Positions 24,476-33,726 of a stretch of DNA of 64,000 nt are shown here, one piece after another. Each line of letters starts with the position of its first letter. Position 1 is the first letter of the stretch. This DNA is from Verrucomicrobium sp. GAS474. Its GTDB lineage: Bacteria; Verrucomicrobiota; Verrucomicrobiia; Methylacidiphilales; GAS474. The DNA is taken from assembly GCF_900105685.1 (NCBI RefSeq), contig NZ_LT629781.1:3396611-3460610 (forward strand). The letters run 5' to 3'. A program made the position numbers and the translations under genes. A model generated the notes under the pieces. That model had not been told where the DNA came from and searched no databases. It saw nothing but the letters and a program-made list of their open reading frames with translations.

Positions 24476-25408
24476 CTAGTTTCCGGGGGGCATCGAGAAA
24501 TCGCCCTGGGAACGGGCGTCGCTGTGGTAGCTCTCCCCGTTGAAGATCGCCGTGATCGCCGACGGATTGGCGAGCCGCAGCTGGAATTTCTGGCCGCTGA
24601 AGTGCTGCTCCGCCCCCGCCTTCATCACGGCGGAGAAGAGTTCCTTGCTCTGCCCCCCCTCGGTCAGCAGCACGCGGACGTAGCAATCGTCGGTCGCCTT
24701 GATGACGAGGTTGTCGGCGGCGGCGGGGGCGGCGACGACGGGGGCCGACCCGGTCGCCGACGGCTGGGCGGAAGCCCCGCCCTCGACGGGAACGGCCTTG
24801 GCGACGGCGACGGGCTCCGAATCGGGAGAGGGCGCGGGACTCACCGCGACGGCCTTCGCCACCGGGGGCTCCGACTCGACCGCGACGGCCTTGGCGACGG
24901 GGATCTCATCCTTCTCCTTTTCCTTCTTGTCCCCCTTATCGGCCTTCTCGCTCTTTTCCGTCGCCTGGTTGTGGGCCACCTGGGCGGCCTCGATCTTGTG
25001 CCGGACGTCGGGCATGACCTGGGTGAGGCGGATCGAGAGGAAGGTGATGACGACGGCGATCACCGAGAGGGCGAAGAGAAGGGCGAGGCCGCGCGGCGAG
25101 AGGAGCTTCTTCCAGCGGGGCTCGACCGGGATGCAATGGACCGGCGAGGAAGCCAGGTAAACCTCCTCCCCCTCGATGGCGAGGACCTTGTCGAGCTCGT
25201 GCAACACCTTGGCCTCGTTCAGGCCGAGGGTCTTGGCATAGATCCGGACGAAGCCGCGGACATAGGCGGGGGCGGGAAATTTCCCGTACTCCTCTCCTTC
25301 AAGGAGAAGGATCTGCTGCTCCTTGATCTTCGTCGCCTTGGCGGCGGCCTTCGGGGTCCATCCCCGGGCATGACGCGCCTCGCGCAATTGAGTGCCTACA
25401 CTTTTCAT
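24476..25408 (-). CDS. rodZ: RodZ-like cytoskeleton protein (HTH-XRE, TM, acidic/Pro-rich linker, C-terminal DUF4115-like domain)
   Basis: N-terminal HTH (LREARHARGWTPKAAAKATKIKEQQILLLE), single TM, low-complexity KEKEKD/PVAKAVAV repeats, conserved C-terminal beta domain. Confidence 0.7.
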   Translation of the reverse strand: MKSVGTQLREARHARGWTPKAAAKATKIKEQQILLLEGEEYGKFPAPAYVRGFVRIYAKTLGLNEAKVLHELDKVLAIEGEEVYLASSPVHCIPVEPRWKKLLSPRGLALLFALSVIAVVITFLSIRLTQVMPDVRHKIEAAQVAHNQATEKSEKADKGDKKEKEKDEIPVAKAVAVESEPPVAKAVAVSPAPSPDSEPVAVAKAVPVEGGASAQPSATGSAPVVAAPAAADNLVIKATDDCYVRVLLTEGGQSKELFSAVMKAGAEQHFSGQKFQLRLANPSAITAIFNGESYHSDARSQGDFSMPPGN

Positions 25409-25563
25409 TTAAAAGAGAGGACAGGGTAGGCGGGTGCCGCAGGGTTGGCAAGGCCCTCTTCGCCCGATTTTGCAGTGTCGACCAGAGAATCCTCCAGGAG
25501 AGAAAGCAAAGAGAAAAGTGGTTTGTCGATGCCTTGCGCGTGGTTCTGCGCTACGGTGCTAAT

Positions 25564-26040
25564 ATGAAGCCCTGCCACCTCTTCTTTGTCTCGGCCTTCC
25601 TGGCGCTCGCCGTCCACGCCGAAGACCTCATTCCGACGGCGGCTGTTGATTCCATTCCGCCTACTCACACATTCATTCAGGTCCGCTCTCAAATTAAGGG
25701 AGGCGCTCCCAAAGAGATCGTGAACGATGGAGTCGATGCGTCCGAATCCGATAAGTACGAGTCGAAGCTCTACAAGACCATCGGCACCTACTGGTATATC
25801 AACGTCGAAAAAAACATGCCTCTCATCGGCGTCGGGGAAGTTCGATTCAAATTCTACGTCCGAGCCAACGGCATGATCGATCAGATCACTACCATTTCGT
25901 CCAGTGGCCAGGCCGACGTTTTGAAAGCAGTTTCCCTTAGAGCAATCCGAGAAGGCCTTCCGTTAGAGCCTTTTTCTGACAACATGAAAAAGGAGCGGGG
26001 GGACGGCTACTGGGAGGAGATTGTTTTCGCGATCCGTTAG
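25564..26040 (+). CDS. Small secreted hypothetical protein in a low-GC islet
   Basis: 158 aa from MKPCHLFFVSAFLALAVHA (signal peptide); AT-rich codon usage unlike neighbours. Confidence 0.5.
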   Translation: MKPCHLFFVSAFLALAVHAEDLIPTAAVDSIPPTHTFIQVRSQIKGGAPKEIVNDGVDASESDKYESKLYKTIGTYWYINVEKNMPLIGVGEVRFKFYVRANGMIDQITTISSSGQADVLKAVSLRAIREGLPLEPFSDNMKKERGDGYWEEIVFAIR

Positions 26041-26266
26041 GCTGAATCAAGAGCAAGGCGAGGCCAATCCAGCACACCCAAGCGGGTCGCTGACGAAGAC
26101 CGGAATGGTGATTCATGCAACAATGAGGGCAACCAAGGGCTGTTTTCGAGTCGGCAGAGTTACGGCCGGCCGCATTTCAGCTCCAAACACTTACAGTCCG
26201 TTTGATTAAATACAAATCCCTGCATTTTCCAGGGCGTAACACCCTTTGGGGCAATGGTGTTGGAAG

Positions 26267-26343
26267 TGGTGCACTCGTTGGGATTTGAACCCAAAACCCC
26301 AGCCTTCGGAGGGCTGTACTCTATCCAGTTGAGCTACGAGTGC
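26267..26343 (-). tRNA. tRNA-Arg (anticodon CCG)
   Basis: Folds by hand into a cloverleaf: acceptor GCACUCG/CGAGUGC, D-arm GCUC..GAGU, anticodon stem CAGCC/GGCUG with loop CUCCGAA (anticodon CCG), T-arm UUGGG-UUCAAAU-CCCAA, encoded 3' CCA. Confidence 0.85.
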
Positions 26344-26468
26344 GATGGCTGTCCGGGGGAATCGGACGGCTCCCGATAAGGGAGAGGGACTATGAGGGGA
26401 GCCCTTCCTTCGGGCAAGTCAGAAGTGAGCCCTAGCGCGAAAAAGCAAACCGCGCTATCTTCGGGGAT

Positions 26469-27062
26469 ATGATCGACTGGCTTCCCCTTCTCTGCGGCGT
26501 GGTACTCCTCCTTCTCGGCCGGACTCTCTTCTGGGTCGGCGTCGCCGTCATCGGGGCGGTGATCGGCTGGCAGCTCGGCCTCCAATGGCTCGTCGGGCGT
26601 CCCTGGTGGATGGAACTCCTCGCCGCCGTCGCCGGGGCGGGCCTCGGGATCGTCCTCGCGATCTGCTTCCAGCCGCTCGCGGCGGCCTGGGTCGGCTTCT
26701 TCGCGGGCGGGGCGGCGGTCTGCGAGATCGCCTTCCGCCTCGGCCTGGTTTCCTCGACCGGCCCCGATTGGGCGCCCCCCGTCTCCCTCCAGGAACTGGG
26801 CCGCTTCATCCCCCACATCGCCCCGAACCTCCCCTTCATCATCGGGGGCATCCTCGGGGCGGTCCTCGCCCTGGTCCTCTTCGATTGGGGCCTGATCGTC
26901 CTCTCCTCCCTCTACGGGGCCTCCCTCATCGTCCGCAGCTGTGGCATCGCCGCCGTCGCGGGCGGGGCGGGCCGGACGGGACTGATCGTCTTCGCCGTCC
27001 TCGCTGCGATCGGCATTACCGTCCAGGCGATGAACCGGGCGGGGAATCGAGCGGTAAACTAA
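26469..27062 (+). CDS. Hypothetical integral membrane protein (about 6 TM helices)
   Basis: 197 aa, almost entirely hydrophobic helices rich in G/A/L; coding periodicity is good. Confidence 0.55.
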   Translation: MIDWLPLLCGVVLLLLGRTLFWVGVAVIGAVIGWQLGLQWLVGRPWWMELLAAVAGAGLGIVLAICFQPLAAAWVGFFAGGAAVCEIAFRLGLVSSTGPDWAPPVSLQELGRFIPHIAPNLPFIIGGILGAVLALVLFDWGLIVLSSLYGASLIVRSCGIAAVAGGAGRTGLIVFAVLAAIGITVQAMNRAGNRAVN

Positions 27063-27139
27063 GTCCCCCTCGGCTCTCCCCCAACATTCGGACGCGTAGT
27101 TCCTCCCAAGCGGACAGGGGAACTAGCGGACGCGCTTTA

Positions 27140-27296
27140 CCCGAAGCGGACAGCCTAATGTGGTACCGCTCCAAACAGTTCAGGCCTATCTGACGGGGAG
27201 GTCCAGGAGGGGCGAAGCCCCTCTTGCGTCGTCTAACCCGTGCGGGTTACATCCACCTGTACAGGGTCTGTACCCAGTCCCGAAGGGCATTCACCG
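27140..27296 (+). repeat. Structured intergenic repeat element, copy 1 (short or degenerate form)
   Basis: Shares the core GGAGGTCCAGGAGGGGCGAAGCCCCTCTTG ... CCACCTGTACAGGGT ... CCCGAAGGGC with four other copies in the window. Confidence 0.7.
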
Positions 27297-27313
27297 CCTC
27301 CTTCGCGAACCCC

Positions 27314-27742
27314 CTACCCCTCGATCTGGTTGATCCGGTTGAGGTGGCGTCCCCCCTCGAACTCGGTCGCCAGCCACGCGTCGACGATCTGGAGGGCCAG
27401 TTCCTGGCTCACCGTCCGCTCTCCGATGGAGATGACGTTCGCGTTGTTGTGGCCCTTGGCCCACTTCGCGGTGTCGAGGGAGAAGCAGACCGCGCAGCGG
27501 ATCCCCTTCACCTTGTTCGCGACGATCGCCTCGCCGTTGCCGGAGCCGCCCAGGACGATGCCGCAGACGGCCTCACCCTTCGCCACCGCCTCGGCGGCGG
27601 GACGGATGTAGACCGGATAATCGCACGAGGCGTCGGAATGGGTCCCGAAGTCGAGGACCTCATGGCCCTTGCCTTCGAGGTGAGCTTTGATGGCCTCCTT
27701 GTAGCGGAAGCCGGCGTGGTCGGAGCCGATGGAAATTTTCAT
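27314..27742 (-). CDS. rpiB: Ribose-5-phosphate isomerase B
   Basis: MKISIGSDHAGFRYKEAIKAHLEGKGHEVLDFG... canonical RpiB/LacAB family, active-site Cys in GIVLGGSGNGEAI. Confidence 0.9.
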   Translation of the reverse strand: MKISIGSDHAGFRYKEAIKAHLEGKGHEVLDFGTHSDASCDYPVYIRPAAEAVAKGEAVCGIVLGGSGNGEAIVANKVKGIRCAVCFSLDTAKWAKGHNNANVISIGERTVSQELALQIVDAWLATEFEGGRHLNRINQIEG

Positions 27743-27847
27743 GGGGGAGTGGTGTAGCAATTGAACCTATTTCATGACGCTTTTCAACCGCAGACTTGAA
27801 TCGAAGATTGGCAATCCCGCCCGTTCCGTCGTAGATATAACCCGTCT

Positions 27848-29434
27848 ATGTCCACCTCCCCCGCCCCCCACCGCCCCGTAGCCCTCATCATCCGCGACGG
27901 CTGGGGCATCAGCCCCGCCAGCGGCAACGACCACCAGTCCCCCGCGGCGGTGAAGGAGGGGAACTCGACCCTCCTCGCGAAGACCCCCTTCCACGACCAC
28001 CTCTACGCCACCTACCCCCAGAGCCGCCTCAGCGCCTCGGGCCTCGACGTCGGCCTCCCCGAGGGCCAGATGGGGAACAGCGAGGTCGGCCACCTGAACC
28101 TCGGCGCGGGCCGCATCGTCTACCAGGACCTCACCCGGATCAACAAGGCGATCGCCGACGGCGAGTTCGCGAAGAACCCCGTCCTCGCCGCCTTCCTCGC
28201 CGACCTCAAGGCGAAGAACGGCGCCCTCCACCTCTTCGGCCTCCTCTCCGACGGCGGTGTCCACTCCAGCCAGGAGCACCTCTACGCCTTCATCGAGGCG
28301 GCGAAGGCGGCGGGCATCGCGCAGGTCTACGTCCACGCCTTCCTCGACGGCCGGGACACGCCCCCCTCCAGCGGCCTCGGCTACGTGAAGGCCCTGCAAG
28401 CGCAGCTCGCCCGGATCGGCCACGGCACCCTCGCCACGATGATCGGCCGCTACTTCGCCATGGACCGGGACAACCGCTGGGAGCGGGTGAAGCAGGCCTA
28501 CGACCTCGTCGTCTCCGGCATCGGCGCGAAGGCGGCCGATCCGATCGCCGCCATCGAGGCCGCCTACGCCGCCGGGAAGACCGACGAGTTCTTCCCCGCC
28601 ACCGTCCTCGTCGACCACCCCCGCCCCCTCATCGCCGACGGCGACGCGATCCTCTTCACGAACTTCCGCTCCGACCGCGCCCGGCAGCTCTCCCACGTCT
28701 TCCTCGATCCCGAGTTCAAGGGCTTCGAGACCGGGAAGGTCCCCCGGGTCGCCTTCGCCACGATGACTGCGTACGACGCCACCTTCGGCGCGCGCGGCGT
28801 GAAGGTCCTCTACGGGCCGCAGAGCATGAAGAACATCCTCGGCGAGGTCGTCAGCGCGGCGGGCAAGACCCAGCTCCGCATGGCCGAGACCGAGAAATAT
28901 CCCCACGTCACCTACTTCTTCAACGGCGGCGTCGAGATCGCCTACCCCGGCGAGGACCGGGAGATGGCCGCCTCCCCGAAGGTCGCCACCTACGACCTCC
29001 AGCCCGAGATGAGCGCCCCGGAGCTGACCGGCAAGGTCCTCGCCCGGCTCGACACCGGGAAGTACGACCTCCTCATCCTGAACTTCGCCAACCCCGACAT
29101 GGTCGGCCACACCGGCATCGTCGAGGCCGGAATCAAGGCCGTCGAGGAGATCGACCGCGACGTCGAGAAGGTCGTGAACAAGATCCTCTCCCTCGGCGGG
29201 GCCGTCCTCGTCACCGCCGACCACGGCAACTGCGAGCGCCTCATCGCCGAAGACGGCACCCCCCACACCGCCCACACGACGAACCTCGTCCACTTCCTCT
29301 ACGTCGGAGCCGATCATGAATCGGTCGAATTGAAGAACGGCGTCCTGGCCGACGTCGCCCCGACTCTCCTCGACCTCCTCGGCGTGCCGCAACCGGCAGA
29401 AATGACGGGGCATAGCCTGATCGTGCGGAAGTAG
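27848..29434 (+). CDS. gpmI: 2,3-bisphosphoglycerate-independent phosphoglycerate mutase
   Basis: 528 aa; iPGM signatures (LIIRDGWG, catalytic Ser in GNSEVGHLNLGAGR, ADHGN). Confidence 0.95.
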   Translation: MSTSPAPHRPVALIIRDGWGISPASGNDHQSPAAVKEGNSTLLAKTPFHDHLYATYPQSRLSASGLDVGLPEGQMGNSEVGHLNLGAGRIVYQDLTRINKAIADGEFAKNPVLAAFLADLKAKNGALHLFGLLSDGGVHSSQEHLYAFIEAAKAAGIAQVYVHAFLDGRDTPPSSGLGYVKALQAQLARIGHGTLATMIGRYFAMDRDNRWERVKQAYDLVVSGIGAKAADPIAAIEAAYAAGKTDEFFPATVLVDHPRPLIADGDAILFTNFRSDRARQLSHVFLDPEFKGFETGKVPRVAFATMTAYDATFGARGVKVLYGPQSMKNILGEVVSAAGKTQLRMAETEKYPHVTYFFNGGVEIAYPGEDREMAASPKVATYDLQPEMSAPELTGKVLARLDTGKYDLLILNFANPDMVGHTGIVEAGIKAVEEIDRDVEKVVNKILSLGGAVLVTADHGNCERLIAEDGTPHTAHTTNLVHFLYVGADHESVELKNGVLADVAPTLLDLLGVPQPAEMTGHSLIVRK

Positions 29435-29499
29435 GGGGAGCTCCCGGCACCGAGGAGCATAAGATTGCTCCTCGGATGCTCCTTCCCATGGCTCGGCCC

Positions 29500-29680
29500 T
29501 CAAGGAGGTTAGATCCAGCGGAATAGAGCAGGCTTATGGGAGATAGGCCTTTTGGGTCGCGCTCCGCCTACACCAAGGCCCATCAGAGGGGGCGGTGCAG
29601 GAGGGGCGCAGCCCCTCTTGCATCTTTAAACGCGCGGATCGCATCCAGCTGTACAGGGCCATGTACCCCGTCCCGAAGGG
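29500..29680 (+). repeat. Structured intergenic repeat element, copy 2
   Basis: Alignable with copies at 32950, 33400 and 55275 (…ATCCAG…GCGCTCCGCCTA…AAGGCCC…AGGAGGGGCGCAGCCCCTCTTG…CCAGCTGTACAGGG…CCCGAAGGGC). Confidence 0.7.
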
Positions 29681-29802
29681 CCGCCACTCCCCCGCGCCCC
29701 CTTTCCCCACTCACTCATGGCCCTTTTCCCCTAAGTGGTAAAAGGAGCCCTTTTTGCCTGACTTTGATTGCTACCCAACGGATTCCAAGGTATCCTTAAG
29801 CA

Positions 29803-30960
29803 GTGAAGGTACGCAGTTTAACTTTCCAGACCCTCCTCTTGGGCTCCTTGGCCGCGTTCGGGACACTCCCCCTGCGCGCCGACGGTACCGCCGTCCTTCC
29901 CCAGTCCATTTACGCCCCCGTCGACTCCTCCCGAATGGGGCCCTCGACCTCGCCCGCGCTGACGCCCGATTCGCTCATGCCGAATACGCCCGTCGCCACG
30001 CCGACGCCCGCCCCCTCCCCTTCCGACTCGACCAGCCTCCTGAAGCCCGACGGGAAGACCCTCAAGGACCCGAAGGCGAAGAGCAACGATTCCAACCCCA
30101 ATTCCGACTGGCTCGCCAAGGGGATCAAGAAAGAGCAGGACGCCCTCGGCACCGACAAGAACGGCCAGAAGGCCAACCCCTACGACGAGAAAAAGCTCCT
30201 CGATCCCCAACAGATCGCCAAGGACCGCGAAAAGGCGAGCAAGGAAGGAGCCGGCCTCGGCTCCGACGAGACCGCCGACGCGAAGAAAACCGCCAAGGCC
30301 GCCGACAAGGACAAGGATAAAAACACCGCCGCGACGAAGAACACCGGCGATGGCCTTGCGATGACGAACTCCGCCCCCGGCCAGGACAAGGGCTCCGATT
30401 CGTCGGGCTCCGCCAACTCGGCCAACGGCAACGGTTTCAAGCCCCTCCTCCAGGGCCTCAACAAGGAAGTCAGCAAGCCGCTCGAAGGCGGCGGCAACGC
30501 GACCGCTTCGGCGGCGGCAGGCTCCTCCGCCGCCATCGCCTCGATCGAGCCGATCAACCCCGACATGCTCGCCCCCGTCGTCCTCACCGGCAACGGCAAG
30601 GGAGGCGCCGCCACGGCCTCGACCCCGACTTTCTCCTCCACCTCGATCGCCGGGACCGCCCCCATCACCTCGGGCATCGTCCCCGGCTCCGCCTCCTTCG
30701 GCCAGACCGCCGCCCTTCCCTCGGCCAATACCATGCGGACCGCCTCGATCAGCCCCTCCTCCCTCCCCCCTTCGGCGATGCCGACCCTCTTCACCAGCCA
30801 GAGCTTCTCCAATCCGATCCCCGCCTCGATGCCGACCTCGGCCATCTCGACCCCCCGCCCGATCGTCACCCCCTCGATCCCGACGAGCGCCGCCCCGCCC
30901 ACCACGGCCCCCTACCGCTCCAAGGTCAAGGACCCGAACGACTTCGGATTCGGCCACTAG
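29803..30960 (+). CDS. Secreted low-complexity (Ser/Thr/Pro/Ala/Lys-rich) hypothetical protein
   Basis: 385 aa; signal peptide MKVRSLTFQTLLLGSLAAFGTLPLRA; remainder compositionally biased and probably disordered. Confidence 0.5.
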   Translation: MKVRSLTFQTLLLGSLAAFGTLPLRADGTAVLPQSIYAPVDSSRMGPSTSPALTPDSLMPNTPVATPTPAPSPSDSTSLLKPDGKTLKDPKAKSNDSNPNSDWLAKGIKKEQDALGTDKNGQKANPYDEKKLLDPQQIAKDREKASKEGAGLGSDETADAKKTAKAADKDKDKNTAATKNTGDGLAMTNSAPGQDKGSDSSGSANSANGNGFKPLLQGLNKEVSKPLEGGGNATASAAAGSSAAIASIEPINPDMLAPVVLTGNGKGGAATASTPTFSSTSIAGTAPITSGIVPGSASFGQTAALPSANTMRTASISPSSLPPSAMPTLFTSQSFSNPIPASMPTSAISTPRPIVTPSIPTSAAPPTTAPYRSKVKDPNDFGFGH

Positions 30961-31081
30961 AGCCTCCCTCCTTCCGGCCCCTCACTCTTCAGCCGGATTC
31001 GTCATTTTCCCCGGCTACTTCGGGAGACATCGCTTGTTCGCCGGGTCCGGGATGGCTACAACGTAACCCTCCCTCACCCCT

Positions 31082-32920
31082 ATGGACTCGAACACGATCC
31101 TCATCATTGGCGTCTCCGTCGTAGCCCTGATCCTCCTCCTCATCGCCCTGGTCTGCTACAAGGCGATCCTCCGCCTCTTCGGCGTCGTCATCATCCCGAA
31201 CGACGCCATCGGCCTGCTCAACAAGAAGTGGGTCCTCTTCGGCGAGCACCGCAGCCTCCCCGACGGCGAGATCATCGCCCTCCACGGCGAGGCGGGCTGG
31301 CAGGCGGACACCCTCTCCCCCGGCGTCCACTTCTGGCTCTGGCCCTGGCAGTTCGCCGTCAGCATCCAGCCCTTCACCACCGTCCGCGGCGGCAAGGTCG
31401 GCGTCGTCGAGGCCCGCGGCGGCAACCCCCTGCGGGGTGGCAAGGTCCTGGCGAAGAAAGTCGCCTGCGACTCGTTCCAGAACGCCCGCGCCTTCCTCAC
31501 CGACGGCGGCGAGCGCGGCACCCAGATCACCATCATCCCGCCCGGCGACTACCGGATCAACACCGCCCTCTTCACGATCACCGAGGCCGACGTCCTCGAC
31601 ATCCCCGACAACATGGTCGGCGTCGTCACCACGAAGGAAGGCTTCCCCCTCGCCACCGGCGACATCGCGGGGAAGGAGATCGAGAACCACAACATGTACC
31701 AGGACGCCCAGTCGTTCCTCGACAATGGCGGCTCGAAGGGCCTCCAGGAGCAGGTCCTCCTCGCGGGCCGCTACTTCATCAATCCCGCCTTCGCCCGGAT
31801 CGAGCTGAAGCCGATGACCGAAGTCCCCATCGCCTACGCGGGCGTCGTCATCGCCTACGTCGGGGAAAAGGGGGTCGACCTCTCGGGAGACAGCTTCAAG
31901 CACGGCAACCTCGTCGGCCGCGGCCAGAAGGGCGTCTGGGCGGAGCCCCTCGACCCCGGCAAGTACCCGATCAACCCCTATACCCACAAGGTCGAGAACG
32001 TCCCGACGGCCAACGTCGTCCTGAACTGGGCGACCGGTAAGAGCGAGTCCCACAAGCTCGACGAGAAGCTCTCCACCATCACCGTCCGCTCCTCCGACGG
32101 CTTCCGCTTCAACCTCGACGTCTCGCAGATCATCCACATCCCGCGCAACGCCGCCCCGAAGGTCATCGCCCGCTTCGGCAACATGGCGAACCTCGTCACC
32201 CAGGTCCTCGAGCCGACGATCGGCAACTACTTCCGCAACGCCGCCCAGGGGGCCGACGTGATCGACTTCCTCAAGCAGCGCCAGCAGCGGCAGGCCGACG
32301 CCCGGAGCCGGATCGCCGGGGCGCTGACCGAGTACGACGTCGTCGCCGTCGATACCCTCATCGGCGACATCGTCCCGCCCGAGGACCTGATGAAGACCCT
32401 CACCGACCGGAAGATCGCCGAGCAGGAGACGGTGACCTACCAGACCCAGAAAGTCGCCGAGGACAACCGCATGGCCTTCCAGCAGGCGAAGTCCCTCGCC
32501 GACACCCAGGCCCGCGTCGTCGACGCCGAGCGGAGCGTCAGCATCGCCGACTTCGCGGCGAAGGCCGCCGTGAAGAAGGCGAGCGGCGAGGCCGACGCGA
32601 AGAAGATCAACGCCGCCGCCGACGCCGAGGTCCTGAGCCTCGTCGGCGACGCCGAAGGCCGGAAGATCACCGCCGTCGGCACCGCCGAAGCCGAGGTCAT
32701 CCGGCTGAAGACCGAGGCCGTCGGCCAGGGCAACTACGCCACCATCGAGATCGGAAAGGCGCTCGCCGCCTCCGGAATGCCCCTCGTCCCCCACATCACC
32801 GTCGCCGGCGGCGGAGAAAAGGGAGAAGGCGGCTCCCTGGTCAGCGTCCTCCTGGCGAACCTGATCGCCAAGGATCACCCCGCACAGCCCCGCGTAATAC
32901 CGCCAGCACCGTCCGCCTAG
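31082..32920 (+). CDS. Flotillin-like SPFH/band-7 domain membrane protein
   Basis: 612 aa; N-terminal TM anchor, SPFH domain, long C-terminal Ala/Glu-rich coiled coil (EAEVIRLKTEAVGQ...) typical of bacterial flotillins (YqiK/FloT). Confidence 0.8.
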   Translation: MDSNTILIIGVSVVALILLLIALVCYKAILRLFGVVIIPNDAIGLLNKKWVLFGEHRSLPDGEIIALHGEAGWQADTLSPGVHFWLWPWQFAVSIQPFTTVRGGKVGVVEARGGNPLRGGKVLAKKVACDSFQNARAFLTDGGERGTQITIIPPGDYRINTALFTITEADVLDIPDNMVGVVTTKEGFPLATGDIAGKEIENHNMYQDAQSFLDNGGSKGLQEQVLLAGRYFINPAFARIELKPMTEVPIAYAGVVIAYVGEKGVDLSGDSFKHGNLVGRGQKGVWAEPLDPGKYPINPYTHKVENVPTANVVLNWATGKSESHKLDEKLSTITVRSSDGFRFNLDVSQIIHIPRNAAPKVIARFGNMANLVTQVLEPTIGNYFRNAAQGADVIDFLKQRQQRQADARSRIAGALTEYDVVAVDTLIGDIVPPEDLMKTLTDRKIAEQETVTYQTQKVAEDNRMAFQQAKSLADTQARVVDAERSVSIADFAAKAAVKKASGEADAKKINAAADAEVLSLVGDAEGRKITAVGTAEAEVIRLKTEAVGQGNYATIEIGKALAASGMPLVPHITVAGGGEKGEGGSLVSVLLANLIAKDHPAQPRVIPPAPSA

Positions 32921-32949
32921 GCGCAGGAACGCGTGATCATCCCAAGCGC

Positions 32950-33185
32950 CCCTCCCAATAGGAGTCAGGGCGTATTGGCCCCGTCTCTCCCTATAGCTCG
33001 TACCCTCGGACGCTCCAGGAACCATCCGATTTTAATCCAGTTAGTAGACGAGACGCCGCCCAAGCGCGTCCGCCTAGCTAAGGCCCTCCGAAGGGGAGGT
33101 TCCAGGAGGGGCAAAGCCCCTCTTGGGCTATAAAGCGGATCGCCTCCACCTGTACAGGGTTGACCGCGCAGGTCCCGAAGGGCTG
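32950..33185 (+). repeat. Structured intergenic repeat element, copy 3 (long form), first of a tandem pair
   Basis: CCAATAGGAGTCAGGGCGTATTGG hairpin ... GTACCCTCGGACGCTCCAGGAACCATCCGATTTTAATCCAG ... GCGCGTCCGCCTAGCTAAGGCCC ... GGAGGTTCCAGGAGGGGCAAAGCCCCTCTTGGGCTATAAAGCGGATCGCCTCCACCTGTACAGGGT ... CCCGAAGGGC. Confidence 0.75.
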
Positions 33186-33399
33186 CCCCGCTCCGTGGCG
33201 TCGCCGAGCGTCCCTCTCCCAAGCACTCCATTTGCCAAGCGCATGGAAGAAAAACGTTTCCCAGCACTGGCGGAACCGAGAGGCCGATCTCCCATACGCC
33301 CGCTCTACTCCGCTGGATCTTAACCTCCATGAGGGCCGAGCCATGGGAAAGAGCATCCAAGGATACAGGCCTATCTCCTCGGGGCTGAACCCTGAATAT

Positions 33400-33650
33400 A
33401 TCTCTCCCATACGCTTCCCTCCCGATGGGAGTCAGGGCGTATTGGTACCGCTACCCCTTCCGTACGTACCCTCGGGCGTACTGGAACCATCCGATTTTAA
33501 TCCAGTGAGGAGACAAGGCGCAGGGGGAAACGCGTCCGCCTAGTTCAGGCCCTCAGAACAGGAGGTCACGGAGGGGCGGAGCCCCTCTGTGGCGTTAAAG
33601 CGGGTTACCTCCAGCTGTACAGGGTCGACCCCGCCAGCCCCAAAGGGCAC
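33400..33650 (+). repeat. Structured intergenic repeat element, copy 4 (long form), second of the tandem pair
   Basis: Same architecture as copy 3 with about 80% identity; ends ~75 bp upstream of purB. Confidence 0.75.
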
Positions 33651-33726
33651 ACCCCACAACTTCGCGCCCCCCCTCTCCAGATGCCATTGACGGAGTGTCC
33701 CCCTCCCGCCTAGTCTCTTCGGTTCC

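Noticed and set aside
29443-29470. Hairpin GAGGAGC-ATAAGATT-GCTCCTC after gpmI as a terminator
   Set aside because: No U tract, and it lies at or within the diverged 5' part of repeat copy 2, so it may be part of that element instead
33123-33323. Small ORF starting MGYKADRLHLYRVD…, also present at 55464 as MGYKADRLQLYRVD…
   Set aside because: Both arise from the conserved nucleotide sequence of the repeat element and start at TTG; the conservation is explained by the repeat, and the downstream parts are unrelated or antisense to rpe
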